64,000 nt of DNA, from contig CBDBDQ010000005.1 of assembly GCA_965203905.1 (NCBI GenBank), positions 2,720,001-2,784,000 on the forward strand. The letters are read 5' to 3'. The notes below the pieces were generated by a model. It did not search any database. It worked only from the letters and a program-made list of their open reading frames with translations, and was not told the origin of the DNA. Origin of the DNA: Spirochaetia bacterium. Lineage in GTDB: Bacteria; Spirochaetota; Spirochaetia; SZUA-6; Bin103. Positions 1 to 9,542 of the stretch are shown here, one piece after another (position 1 is the stretch's first letter; the number at the start of each line of letters is the position of its first letter). The position numbers and the translations under genes were made by a program.

Positions 1-61
1 TTGCCAGCCGTAGCGCCAGCGATGGGTTCTTCTTCAACTCCCGCACGTTGGTAGTATGCAT
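1..61 (-). CDS. N-terminus of antitoxin-like (Phd/UPF0175-type) protein, truncated by window edge
   Basis: Minus strand reads MHTTNVRELKKNPSLALRLA with GGAG 7 nt upstream; the VRELK-NPS motif is typical of Phd-like N-termini. Confidence 0.5.
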   Translation of the reverse strand, partial: MHTTNVRELKKNPSLALRLA

Positions 62-267
62 CGCGCCGCTCCTCCAGGGGTGATCCCGCACAAGTGTAGA
101 CCACTTGCCGTAGGAACGAAAGGGCCCCCACCCGACAGGTCTGACAGGTCGCTGCGGCATCTCGACCTGTCGGAGGCGGTTCATGGCTCGGCAGGGAAGG
201 CTGACTGCTGCGTTCCGTGCCGTCCGCCGAAGTCTAGTAAGAGCGTTCTTGCGCAGGAGGTCCCCGT

Positions 268-1422
268 ATGATGCCAGCGAACGAGCCCCAACTGGTACCG
301 ATCCTTCCGGTGGAGGCATACACCTCCCCGGCCTGGTACCACCGTGAGCAGGAGAGGATCTTCTCACGCACCTGGGCGTGCGCGGGATTCAGCGACGACA
401 TCACCGCGCCGGGGGAGTATCTGTCCGTGCAGGCCGGGCTGAACAATCTCTTCGTCGTGATGGGACGGGATGAACGACTGCGCGCCTTTCACAACATCTG
501 TCGACACCGGGGCACGCAGTTGATCCGGCCGGCCGGCAAGACCGCTTCGGCCCTGCGCTGTCCCTATCACGACTGGACCTACAACCTGGAGGGCGAGTTG
601 ATCGGGGTGCCCCGGCGCCGCGAGGAGTTTCCCGACATCGACCCCTCGCGCCTGAGCCTGTTTCCGGCCTCGGTCGGCGTCTGGCGCGGGATGCTGTGGG
701 TGCATCCGGAACCGGACGCAGCGCCGGTGAACGAGTGGTTCGGTGCCGTCGAGCCGGACCTCGGTCCGCACCGCGTCGATGAGCTGGTGGAGCGGAAGCA
801 GTTCCGCACCGAACAGATCATCGAGGCCAACTGGAAGGTCGTCGTGGAGAACTTCATCGACGGGTACCATCTCAAGCACCTGCATTCCGGCACGCTGGCG
901 ATGTACGACCACGACCGCATCGAGTCGCGGTGGCACGGACCGCACTTCACGTTCTGGGAGCCGCTGTCTGCCGATTACGCAAAGGATCCTGCGCGACAGT
1001 CGTCGCTGCCACTCATCGACCACATTCCGCGGGAGCGGCTCGGAGCGTGGGTGCCGATGTTGTTTCCCGGCATCGGGTTGGCGGAGACGGAGAGCACCTG
1101 GTCTCTGTTTCACGTCACGCCGCTGGCGCCCGAACGAACGCGGGTCGTGACGCGCACCAAGGTAGCGGATGTCTCCTCATGGGAGTTCGCGGCCCAGATG
1201 TTGACCTCAGGCTGGCTCTGGTCCAGGCCGCGCGGCAAGTTCGAGGGGGATCCCGCCGAGGATCCGCTGGCGTCAGGTGACTTCATGGCCGAGGACAAGT
1301 ACGCCTGCGAACAGCAGCAGAAGTCCCTGCGTTCGCCATATTTTCGGCCCGGACCGTCGTCATTGCACGGCGAGGCACCGGTGCGGAGGCACCAGCAGAT
1401 CGTCCAGGAATGGCTGACCTGA
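268..1422 (+). CDS. Rieske aromatic ring-hydroxylating oxygenase alpha subunit (choline monooxygenase-like)
   Basis: Rieske motif CRHRG...CPYHDW; catalytic NWKVVVENFIDGYHLKHLH. Confidence 0.9.
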   Translation: MMPANEPQLVPILPVEAYTSPAWYHREQERIFSRTWACAGFSDDITAPGEYLSVQAGLNNLFVVMGRDERLRAFHNICRHRGTQLIRPAGKTASALRCPYHDWTYNLEGELIGVPRRREEFPDIDPSRLSLFPASVGVWRGMLWVHPEPDAAPVNEWFGAVEPDLGPHRVDELVERKQFRTEQIIEANWKVVVENFIDGYHLKHLHSGTLAMYDHDRIESRWHGPHFTFWEPLSADYAKDPARQSSLPLIDHIPRERLGAWVPMLFPGIGLAETESTWSLFHVTPLAPERTRVVTRTKVADVSSWEFAAQMLTSGWLWSRPRGKFEGDPAEDPLASGDFMAEDKYACEQQQKSLRSPYFRPGPSSLHGEAPVRRHQQIVQEWLT

Positions 1423-1468
1423 CAAAGTCCATGGCCACCAGACACCGCTTCCTTGAGCCTGCTACACG

Positions 1469-2884
1469 GTGATGACTGGGGAGAGAGCGCCGCTGAACTG
1501 GGCGATTCGCGAGCAGTGGCTGGAACTGCGTGAGGAGTTGCTGTTCGCGGGGGCGCTCGATGACATTCCCGCCAGATGCGAGCGGGCGCGGAGCCGGCTG
1601 GCCACGGAGTGGCAGGCGGCGGGGGCGGAGCGGCGCGCTCAGATCGCGGAGCTGCTGGGCGAGCTGACCATCGACATGCGCTCCTACCTGCCGCGCTGGC
1701 ACCTGCCGGCGGCGCCGGCCCTGCGTGCCGCCGGCAGGGCCGCCTTCGAAGAGCAGGCGCGCGCAAACGAGGAGCTGTGCCGCAATTGGAGCGATGCCGC
1801 TGCCTACCGGATAGCGCGCGAGTCGGACGCGGTGCAGCGAAGCGGCATGCGCCGCGTCACCGAGCTGACCGACGCCGGCGCGCTGGCGAACCGGTTCGGC
1901 AACGACTCTCCGCACGGGGTCACCGACGCGCTCCGGCGCGGCGCCATCCTGGTGACCACCAACCCGGTCATGGCCAACAACGCGCGTCGGGTAGAGGCGG
2001 CGCATTGGGATCCCGTGCGGGAGCGCCTGCGGCGCGATGGCGAGGCGCGGGACCGTGCGCAGCGGGTGGCGCGGTTCACGTGCGAGCTGGTGCTGAACGT
2101 GGCCCGCGAGCTGAGGCCCATATATCGGTCCAGCGGGCGGCGTTACGGCCACGTCACCTACCAGGTGAACCCGCACCGTTCGGACGCGGCGGACGAGATG
2201 GTCGTGGAGGCCGAGCAGGTGTGGGCCTGGGCGGCGGAGCGTCTCTGTGGCGATCCCAACGTCATGTTCAAGGTCCCGGGCACCGAGGCCGGGCTTGCCG
2301 CCGCTGGGCGCCTCGCAGAGCAGGGGATTCCGCTCACCATTACCGCGAGCTGTTCGGTGGCTCAGCACCTGGCCTTCGGTCGCGTGCTGGAGCAGGGGAG
2401 TGCGCACTGCCTGCTGGTGCAGATGAACGGCCGCCTGGACGAGCCGGTGGCCGAGGATCTCGCGGCGCACGGCATCGCGGACGCCGACGCGGTATCCCGC
2501 TGGGCCAGCACCGCCATCGTCCGCCGCTCCTACCGGTTGCTGCACGACGCCCACCGGTGGCGCAACTCCCATCTGCTGGTGGCGTCGCTGCGCGGGCCTT
2601 GGCACATCGACGACGCGCTGGCGGCAGGGCCGGAGCCGATCTTCATCACCGCCTTCCCTGACAAGGCTGCGGAGTATGATTCCACGCCGCGGCAGCCGAT
2701 GCCGGTCGCACACCAGGAAGTGCCGGGACCGATCCTCGACCTGCTCGCGCGCAGCCAACGGTTTGTCCGCGCCTACGAGCCGGACGGCATGACCGCGTCG
2801 GGATTCCGCGACCATCTCACCGTCGCGCGCACACTGGAGGCGTTTCGCGAAGCATACGACGAACTGGCGGCGTACCTCGCGTAG
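1469..2884 (+). CDS. Transaldolase-family protein with N-terminal extension
   Basis: VTTNP, QVNP, NVMFKVPGTEAG and LLVASLRG motifs. Confidence 0.75.
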   Translation: MMTGERAPLNWAIREQWLELREELLFAGALDDIPARCERARSRLATEWQAAGAERRAQIAELLGELTIDMRSYLPRWHLPAAPALRAAGRAAFEEQARANEELCRNWSDAAAYRIARESDAVQRSGMRRVTELTDAGALANRFGNDSPHGVTDALRRGAILVTTNPVMANNARRVEAAHWDPVRERLRRDGEARDRAQRVARFTCELVLNVARELRPIYRSSGRRYGHVTYQVNPHRSDAADEMVVEAEQVWAWAAERLCGDPNVMFKVPGTEAGLAAAGRLAEQGIPLTITASCSVAQHLAFGRVLEQGSAHCLLVQMNGRLDEPVAEDLAAHGIADADAVSRWASTAIVRRSYRLLHDAHRWRNSHLLVASLRGPWHIDDALAAGPEPIFITAFPDKAAEYDSTPRQPMPVAHQEVPGPILDLLARSQRFVRAYEPDGMTASGFRDHLTVARTLEAFREAYDELAAYLA

Positions 2885-3135
2885 CGGGGACGCGGCCGCG
2901 CCCCACGCCGGACGCCAGCCCGGAGCCCGTTTCCGCGCAAGAGGACGCGATTCGGTGCCGCGATGGATGAAGCAGATGAAGCAATGGTAAAGGTACTCGT
3001 CACGGCTCGCTCGTGTGCGTGGCGCAAGGGAGGAACGCAGCTCGCTCGGCGCCGAGTGCTATCGTTGTAAGGAGCAGGGTGCCGGCGTAGACGGCGAAAC
3101 CGGCCCCGAGTGCCGGCGTCTGCGGGGTTCGAACA

Positions 3136-3393
3136 GTGGACAGCCCGATGAAGATGGATGTGCAACAACAAGTCTCGTGTGCAGGCGTGGGGAGCCCAGC
3201 ACCATTGCAGGAACGGGAAGAGGCTCGGGTGCAAGCGGCGCGAGAGGCATTCCGGCAGTTTCACGCCCAGTGTTTCTGGTATCTGCGGGCTGACCTGGAG
3301 ATTACATCTGCGGAGGTGCCCATGATCGCCGATGGGTTGCGCAGGAATGGCGGCCGTGCCGGGTTTCGACTTGCCGCCAGGCTGTGCCGTTAG
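3136..3393 (+). CDS. Small hypothetical protein, probable antitoxin partner of a lost nucleotidyltransferase
   Basis: AFRQFHAQCFW..ADL.I...VP.IADGLRRNGGRAG; ends in GTGCCGTTAG, resembling an overlapping MPL start with no continuation. Confidence 0.45.
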   Translation: MDSPMKMDVQQQVSCAGVGSPAPLQEREEARVQAAREAFRQFHAQCFWYLRADLEITSAEVPMIADGLRRNGGRAGFRLAARLCR

Positions 3394-3398
3394 AGTAC

Positions 3399-4088
3399 TT
3401 ATCGCGCCAATATGTCCAGACAGGATTTCAGGCGTGGGTCATGATCCGCATATTGTTGCAGCCATTCCGTGATTGTTTTTCCATCGCCAAGTTGCGCTTG
3501 TAGATCCGCGCCATGGTCAATCAGAAAACGCGTCGTCGCCACGTGGCCATGACCGGCGGCACAGTACAGGGGAAAGTGGCCGTGATCCGCAATTGCGTTG
3601 ACGTCGGCTCCACTGCTGACCAGCCGCGTTACGATTTCCAGGTCACCATTCCGGGTGGCATGGTGTAGTGCTGTATCGCCACGGGCATAGCGTTCCTCAA
3701 CAAGAGCCGGGTGATCGCGCAGCATGGCGGTGACGCGACGTACATTGGCCAGGAATACAGCGTTTATGAACTGGCGAGCCAGCTCGCTTGATGGTTCGGC
3801 ATGCGCGTCCAATGCACCGTAGGCAACGAGCAACGATACGACTGCCTTGTTGTCGGGAACTTCCCCGGCATAGTGCATCACGTATCCATCATGCGCGGCC
3901 AAATCCGCGCCGCTGTCAATCAGAAACTTGACGACACTGTAGTGACGCCACAAGCCCGCATGAAAGATCGGACGCCACTCGTGGCAGTCATCCTGGTTGA
4001 CTCGCCACGGTTCCTGTTCGACGATTCTCTTTACTGCGTCGAGGTCGCCGTTCGCGGCCGCATCGTGAATCGAGCCGGGTTCCACCAC
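3399..4088 (-). CDS. Ankyrin-repeat protein
   Basis: GDTALHHATRNGDLEIVTRLVSSGADVN, PLYCAAGHGH and IHDAAANGD repeats. Confidence 0.9.
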   Translation of the reverse strand: MVEPGSIHDAAANGDLDAVKRIVEQEPWRVNQDDCHEWRPIFHAGLWRHYSVVKFLIDSGADLAAHDGYVMHYAGEVPDNKAVVSLLVAYGALDAHAEPSSELARQFINAVFLANVRRVTAMLRDHPALVEERYARGDTALHHATRNGDLEIVTRLVSSGADVNAIADHGHFPLYCAAGHGHVATTRFLIDHGADLQAQLGDGKTITEWLQQYADHDPRLKSCLDILAR

Positions 4089-4094
4089 GGGCTG

Positions 4095-4886
4095 CTAAGC
4101 GGTGAGGTACTTTCCCGGAATGCGGGTGCCTTCGTACTCGGCGTCGGGGTCGCGCTCGGCGATGACGCGGGGGATATCGCCGTCCCAAGAGTCGGGCACC
4201 GTGAGCGGCGGGCGCCGGTGCCACAGCAACAGCAGGTCGCGCGGCTCGTCGGTCTGGTTCTTGTAGGCGGCGTGCAGGACGCGCGCATCGGCGAGCACCA
4301 GGTCGCGCGGCCCCACCTCCACGTTCACCTGGTCCGGGTGGTCGCTGAACATGATGGGATGGTCCTCTTCGATGAAGCGGGCCCCCTGTTCGTGTGCGGT
4401 CACCAGTTCGTCGTGCAGCGGGATGCGCTTGAGATGGGTGCCCGGGATGATCTTCAGGCACCCGTTCTCGATGCTGGTGCCCTCCAGGTAGTAGGAGACG
4501 AACATGATCTGCGGCCACGGCGTGCAGCTCAGCGGGTCGTTCCACTGCATCCAGTCCTGGTGCCAGTAGAGCGCCGGACCGCGGGCCGGCTTGGTGAGGA
4601 CGAGCAGGCCCTCCCCGGCGGCGAAGTCGCCGAATCCCAGCGCCTCGAGCGCCCGGCGCGCGGGCTGCCACTCCGCGAGCCGGCGCATGATCGGGTTGTC
4701 GGCGTACTTGATGCCGAGGTGGGTACCCTGGTACTTGGTGTCGGGGTGATGCGCCTCGGTGGCGTTGAGGCGGGCGGTCTCTTCCTTCAGTTCGGCGACG
4801 AACGCATCGGTCAGCACGTCGGGAACCACGCAGAATCCATCGCGGAGCATCTGCTCCCGCGTCTGGCGTGCAACTTCAGGGGTCAT
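4095..4886 (-). CDS. Phytanoyl-CoA dioxygenase (PhyH) family 2OG-Fe(II) oxygenase
   Basis: WHQD motif, ENGCLKIIPGTH, distal LHAA; start taken at MTPEVAR. Confidence 0.85.
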   Translation of the reverse strand: MTPEVARQTREQMLRDGFCVVPDVLTDAFVAELKEETARLNATEAHHPDTKYQGTHLGIKYADNPIMRRLAEWQPARRALEALGFGDFAAGEGLLVLTKPARGPALYWHQDWMQWNDPLSCTPWPQIMFVSYYLEGTSIENGCLKIIPGTHLKRIPLHDELVTAHEQGARFIEEDHPIMFSDHPDQVNVEVGPRDLVLADARVLHAAYKNQTDEPRDLLLLWHRRPPLTVPDSWDGDIPRVIAERDPDAEYEGTRIPGKYLTA

Positions 4887-5023
4887 GCAACGATGATAGG
4901 CACGTTCTCTGCCGCTGTCGACCGCTCCCCCGGCTCCCGGCCGCGCGCGCAACGCGTTTGTCACCGTGGCGTCACCCCGCCATACTGTCGCCCCGGCAGC
5001 AGCGCCGCGAGGGAGGAAGCACG

Positions 5024-6037
5024 GTGAAGGTACTCGTCACGGGAGTTGCCGGTCAGGTGGGATGCCGGCTGGCGCGCCAGTTGCTGGCGCGCAACCACGA
5101 GGTGCGGGGGGCGCTGCTGGCGGACGATCCGCTTGGCGACCGGGTGGCGGGACTGGACCTGGAGCTGGCCCCCGGCGACCTGACCGATGCGGCGTACGTG
5201 ACGCGCCTGGTAGCGGGCGTCGATGCGGTGATCCACACGGCGAACCTGGTCGGCCCCTACTTCGAGCTCAACACGGCGATCAACCTGCAGGTGTCGCGTG
5301 CCTGCGGCGCCCGCGCCGACCGGCTCGAACGCTACGTGTACCTGAGTTCATCGGGCGTGTTCCCCAACAATGGCGAGACCATCCGCTGCGCCTATCACCC
5401 GGTGGACGAGTTGCACCCCAAGCGTCCGGACAACGAGTATTCGCTGTCGAAGTACGTCGGCGAGCTGATGGCCGAACGGGTGGGCCGGGAAACGGGGTTG
5501 CGCTACACCATCGTGCGCCCCTCCCACGTCCTTTCCGACACCAAGATCCTGGGTCAGTTCAGCGTCGCATCGGTGGTGGGCAAGCTGCAGACCAGCCAGG
5601 CCATTCCCGGCACCGAGCTGTACATGGCCGACGGCACGGAGCTCTGGCACGACATCGAGGCGGCTGCCAGCGGCCCCGACCAGCCGTGCAGCATCACCGA
5701 CGGGGAGGGACGGCCGTGGCTGTATCAGCCGCAGGATGCCCGCGACATAGCCCACTGCGCGGTCTGCGCCCTCGAATCCGGCGCCGCGCTCGGGGAGTCG
5801 TTCAACGCCGGCGCCCCGGCCCCGTTCCCCTTCCCCGCGGGCGCCCGGCTGATCGCCGAACATCGCGGCGTGGAGCCGCTGGAGGTCAGAGTCCCCTTCC
5901 AATACCAGTACGATCACTGCATCACCAAGGCGAAGGGCCTGATCGGCTACCGGCCGCGCGGCGACCTCGAGACCATGGTGGCGTCCGCCTTCGCCTGCGA
6001 GGCGGGGGCGACCGACTACACCTGGGATGGCGAATAG
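5024..6037 (+). CDS. NAD-dependent epimerase/dehydratase (extended SDR)
   Basis: VLVTGVAGQVG, YSLSK catalytic motif; GTG start after GGAGGA. Confidence 0.85.
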   Translation: MKVLVTGVAGQVGCRLARQLLARNHEVRGALLADDPLGDRVAGLDLELAPGDLTDAAYVTRLVAGVDAVIHTANLVGPYFELNTAINLQVSRACGARADRLERYVYLSSSGVFPNNGETIRCAYHPVDELHPKRPDNEYSLSKYVGELMAERVGRETGLRYTIVRPSHVLSDTKILGQFSVASVVGKLQTSQAIPGTELYMADGTELWHDIEAAASGPDQPCSITDGEGRPWLYQPQDARDIAHCAVCALESGAALGESFNAGAPAPFPFPAGARLIAEHRGVEPLEVRVPFQYQYDHCITKAKGLIGYRPRGDLETMVASAFACEAGATDYTWDGE

Positions 6038-6049
6038 CGGACCCGCTGG

Positions 6050-7390
6050 ATGTATGCCGGGGCCGCAGAGATCGACATAACCCCACCGGTCGGCACCTGG
6101 ATCGTCGGCAACACCACGCGCAACACGGGCGTGCACGATCCGCTCCATGCCCGTGCCCTGGTGCTTGCGGATTCCCCTGCTCGGGATGCGAACCGGGTAG
6201 CGATCGTCACCATGGACATTACAGGGTTGTCCTGGGACCTGGGGGATGCGCTGCGAGCCGCGATCACGGGTGCCACGGGTATCGGGACGGTGCTGATCAA
6301 CTTCAGCCATACCCACAACGCACCGATGCTGTTTTTCGGCGAGCCGGACACCGATCACGCGCTGGAGCGGGAGCTAGGCGCCTGGCTGGAAGGGCTTGAG
6401 CAAGGTTTGCCGGAGCTGGTTGCGGAGGCGAACGGCTCGCTGGCGCCGGTCATCCTGAGGACCGGCCGGGCACCGGCGCAGGTGGGATTCAACAGACGGC
6501 TCATGAGCGACGGGCAAGTCCGGATGGAGGTCAATCGGGACGGTCCCGTAGTGCCATGGGTCGATGTGCTGCAGGTTTGCGAGTTGTCCGGAGCCCCGCG
6601 GGCGATTCTGTTCGCGCACGCGGCTCACCCCGTAATCGTACACTGGGCCAGTACCCTCATCTCCGCCGATTACCCCGGTTACGCGTGTCACCAGGTCAAG
6701 GAGAACCTGGGGAGTTCGGTGGTGCCGCTGTTTGCTCAGGGATGTAGTGCCGACATCAACGGTTTCCCCCTGAGAGCCGGTTTCGAGGCTGCCGAGAGCG
6801 CCGGTATCGGGCTCTGGCGGGCGGTAAAGCAGGCGTTGGAGAACAGCAGGGAACTGGTCGCCGACAGCTTCCACGTGCAGTCCACGCGGATCCAGCTCCC
6901 CGGCCAGGACTGGCCCTCCGAAGAAACATGCGACGGCATGATCGGCCAGATCGAAGAAGAGCTCGGCCGGGGACGGCAGGTGTGGCTGGATGAACGCTCG
7001 GCTCAGTTTCGGATCCGCTGCCTGGACCAGGTGAAGGAGCTTGCTCGCAGGGGCCGACCCGCGCAGCTCCGATTCGAAACAGTGGCGCTGGCGTTCGGTT
7101 CGGAGTTCTGCCTCGTGGCGATGCCGCACGAGGTGTTCTGCGAGTACGCCCTGTGGATCGACCGGACCTCCCCGTTCGACCACACGATGGTGCTCGGATA
7201 CACGAACGGGTGCGAGGCCTACGTGCCTACGGACCGTGACCTGGCGCTGGGTCCGACCGGGGGATACGAGGCGGCCGCGTTTCCCGACTGGAAAACTGCG
7301 AACCTGCAGTATCCGATCCGTACGCCGCTCGCACGAGGGATCGAAGGACAGATCAAGCACGCGCTCCGGTCGATGGGCGTGGCTCGCTGA
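6050..7390 (+). CDS. Neutral/alkaline ceramidase-like hydrolase
   Basis: DITPPVG, HDPLHARAL, SHTHNAP, ISADYPG, GYTNG..GGYEA. Confidence 0.75.
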   Translation: MYAGAAEIDITPPVGTWIVGNTTRNTGVHDPLHARALVLADSPARDANRVAIVTMDITGLSWDLGDALRAAITGATGIGTVLINFSHTHNAPMLFFGEPDTDHALERELGAWLEGLEQGLPELVAEANGSLAPVILRTGRAPAQVGFNRRLMSDGQVRMEVNRDGPVVPWVDVLQVCELSGAPRAILFAHAAHPVIVHWASTLISADYPGYACHQVKENLGSSVVPLFAQGCSADINGFPLRAGFEAAESAGIGLWRAVKQALENSRELVADSFHVQSTRIQLPGQDWPSEETCDGMIGQIEEELGRGRQVWLDERSAQFRIRCLDQVKELARRGRPAQLRFETVALAFGSEFCLVAMPHEVFCEYALWIDRTSPFDHTMVLGYTNGCEAYVPTDRDLALGPTGGYEAAAFPDWKTANLQYPIRTPLARGIEGQIKHALRSMGVAR

Positions 7391-7404
7391 CAAGGAGGGG
7401 AGTC

Positions 7405-8574
7405 GTGAAGATCACCAATGTCGAGTGCTTCGTGCTGCTGGTGCCGGATGTAGAGGCCGACGCCTGCAGCAGCGCGCAGGACAACGCCGTGGTGCGGATC
7501 ACCACCGACGCGGGCACTGTCGGCATCGGCGAGACCGACACCAATCCGTGGGCGGTGAAGGCGTTGATCGACGCGCCGAGCACCCACTGCATGGGCCTGG
7601 GCTTCAAGGACATGCTGCTCGGCGAGGACCCGCGGCGGCCGGAGGAGCTGTGGGAGAGGCTGTACACCGGCTCCGCGATGTACGGGCGGCGCGGACTCGG
7701 GGTGTGCGCGATCGGTGCCATCGACATGGCGCTGTGGGACATCTGCGGCAAGGCCCTGGGCGAGCCGGTGTGGCGCCTGCTCGGAGGAGCCAGGCAGGCG
7801 CAGTTGCGGCCGTACGCGAGCCTGCTCCCCGACGGCGCCACGCTGGAGGATTACACCCGCAGCCTGGTGGACAAGGCGCTGCAGGCGGTCGAGTACGGGT
7901 TCCGCGCGGTGAAGGCGGAGGTGTGCCTGAAAGGGCCGTACTCCCACATGGGGCTGCAGGAGAGCGACGACACCATCGTCGACGTGGTGCGGCAGGTGCG
8001 CACGGCGATCGGGCCCGACATCACCCTGCTGGTGGACGTGGCCTACGCCTGGACCCACTACAAGGAAGCGCTGCGCGTGATCCGGCAGCTCGAGCCGCTC
8101 GACCTCTACTTCATGGAGACGCCGCTGCGCTCCGACGACGTGGAGGGGTACGCGGCGCTGGCGCGGGCGGCGACCGACATGCGCATCGCCGCCGGCGAGT
8201 GGCTCAGCACCCGCTTCGAGTTCTTCGAGCTGATCGACCGCGGCGGCATCGACGTCGCCCAGCCCGACGTCGGCCGCGTCGGGGGCCTGACCGAGGCGCG
8301 CCGCGTGGTCGACTACGCCCATCACCGGGGCCGGTCGATAGTCCCGCATTGCTGGAAGACCGGCATTGGGATCGCCGCGTCCGCGCACCTGTGCGCCATC
8401 GCCGCCAACGCACCGTTCTTCGAGTTTCTGCCGGCGGAGCTGGCGGAGTCGAAGCTGCGCCGGGAACTGGTCGACGACACCATCGAGCTCGCCGACGGCA
8501 CGATCGCGCTGCCGGAGCGCCCCGGGCTGGGCGTGGAGCTCAACGAAGACGCGCTGCGAAAGTATCAGGTCTAG
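7405..8574 (+). CDS. Mandelate racemase/muconate lactonizing enzyme (enolase superfamily)
   Basis: AIDMALWDICGK, FMETP, AAGE, QPDVGRVGG, PGLGVE. Confidence 0.9.
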   Translation: MKITNVECFVLLVPDVEADACSSAQDNAVVRITTDAGTVGIGETDTNPWAVKALIDAPSTHCMGLGFKDMLLGEDPRRPEELWERLYTGSAMYGRRGLGVCAIGAIDMALWDICGKALGEPVWRLLGGARQAQLRPYASLLPDGATLEDYTRSLVDKALQAVEYGFRAVKAEVCLKGPYSHMGLQESDDTIVDVVRQVRTAIGPDITLLVDVAYAWTHYKEALRVIRQLEPLDLYFMETPLRSDDVEGYAALARAATDMRIAAGEWLSTRFEFFELIDRGGIDVAQPDVGRVGGLTEARRVVDYAHHRGRSIVPHCWKTGIGIAASAHLCAIAANAPFFEFLPAELAESKLRRELVDDTIELADGTIALPERPGLGVELNEDALRKYQV

Positions 8575-8670
8575 TTCGATCTCATATCCAGCAGACGAAC
8601 CATGTGCACCGGATTCATGGTCTCTGCGCCACGGAGTGGCCTTGCGTACTGAGCGCTCGCCGGACTCCGC

Positions 8671-9453
8671 TCAGAGTTTGCCGTACAGCACGGGACAGTA
8701 CCTCGGGTCGTCCAGGTACTGCATCGTTACGTACGGGTTGGGATAGTCCACGACCGGTGTGGCCACTTCGGTGCGCATGTGAATTGCCACACTCACGCGC
8801 TCGGCGGTGGAAACATTCGGGCCGCTGCCGTGGTAAGTCAGGGAGTGGTGGATACTGAGCCCGCCTGCGGGGAGCACCGCGGACACCTCTTCCCATTGGT
8901 ATCCGTCGGGCACCGGAATGTTGTCTCGCAGCGCGTCGTTATCGTGGGAGAAAAAATCTCCGGAGTCCAGGAACCCCCACTGGTGAGAACCGCGAACGAA
9001 GCGTACCGGGCCCGCCTCCTCCGGCACCGGGGACAGGGCCACCCAGGCCGTGAAGAGGGCATCCACTTCGTGCCAATACTGCCAATACTGACGATCCTGG
9101 TGCCACCCGACGTTGGCCGCGTCGCCATCGGTCGGCGGCTTGATCAGGAGCTGGGTTCCGAACACCTGCACCATGCTCGCACCCACCGTGGCGGCAGCGA
9201 GCTCACCGATCTCGCGACACGTAACGAGCCGGTAGATGTCCCGGTCGGCAATGTGCGCGTCGTCGATCTTGCACAGCTCCCCTGCTCCGCAGCCACGAAC
9301 TGAAGTGGGCGCAACGTCGGTGTTGTACCTGCCCGCCCGAACCGCCGTAGCTGCGTCGAACGCGGCATCGACGAGGCCGGCAGGAACGACCTGCCGGTCG
9401 ACCACCGCGATACCATCGTCGTGGTAGCGCCGATATGTGCCCGTTCCCACCAT
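8671..9453 (-). CDS. PhyH-family dioxygenase
   Basis: NVGWHQDRQYW, TAWVAL, FVRGSH, HGSGPN; start approximate. Confidence 0.85.
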   Translation of the reverse strand: MVGTGTYRRYHDDGIAVVDRQVVPAGLVDAAFDAATAVRAGRYNTDVAPTSVRGCGAGELCKIDDAHIADRDIYRLVTCREIGELAAATVGASMVQVFGTQLLIKPPTDGDAANVGWHQDRQYWQYWHEVDALFTAWVALSPVPEEAGPVRFVRGSHQWGFLDSGDFFSHDNDALRDNIPVPDGYQWEEVSAVLPAGGLSIHHSLTYHGSGPNVSTAERVSVAIHMRTEVATPVVDYPNPYVTMQYLDDPRYCPVLYGKL

Positions 9454-9542
9454 GTCCCGAGAATAGAACCTGTTTACCGGCGCGGCAAGCCGGCGAGTGT
9501 GTCTCGTGTCTTGCATGGCAATGGTGGGCCGATGACGCCGCG

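Noticed and set aside
2985-3003. Similarity to the start of the epimerase at 5024 (AAGGTACTCGTCACGG)
   Set aside because: Only about 16 bp encoding the common KVLVT Rossmann start; at most a small gene stub.
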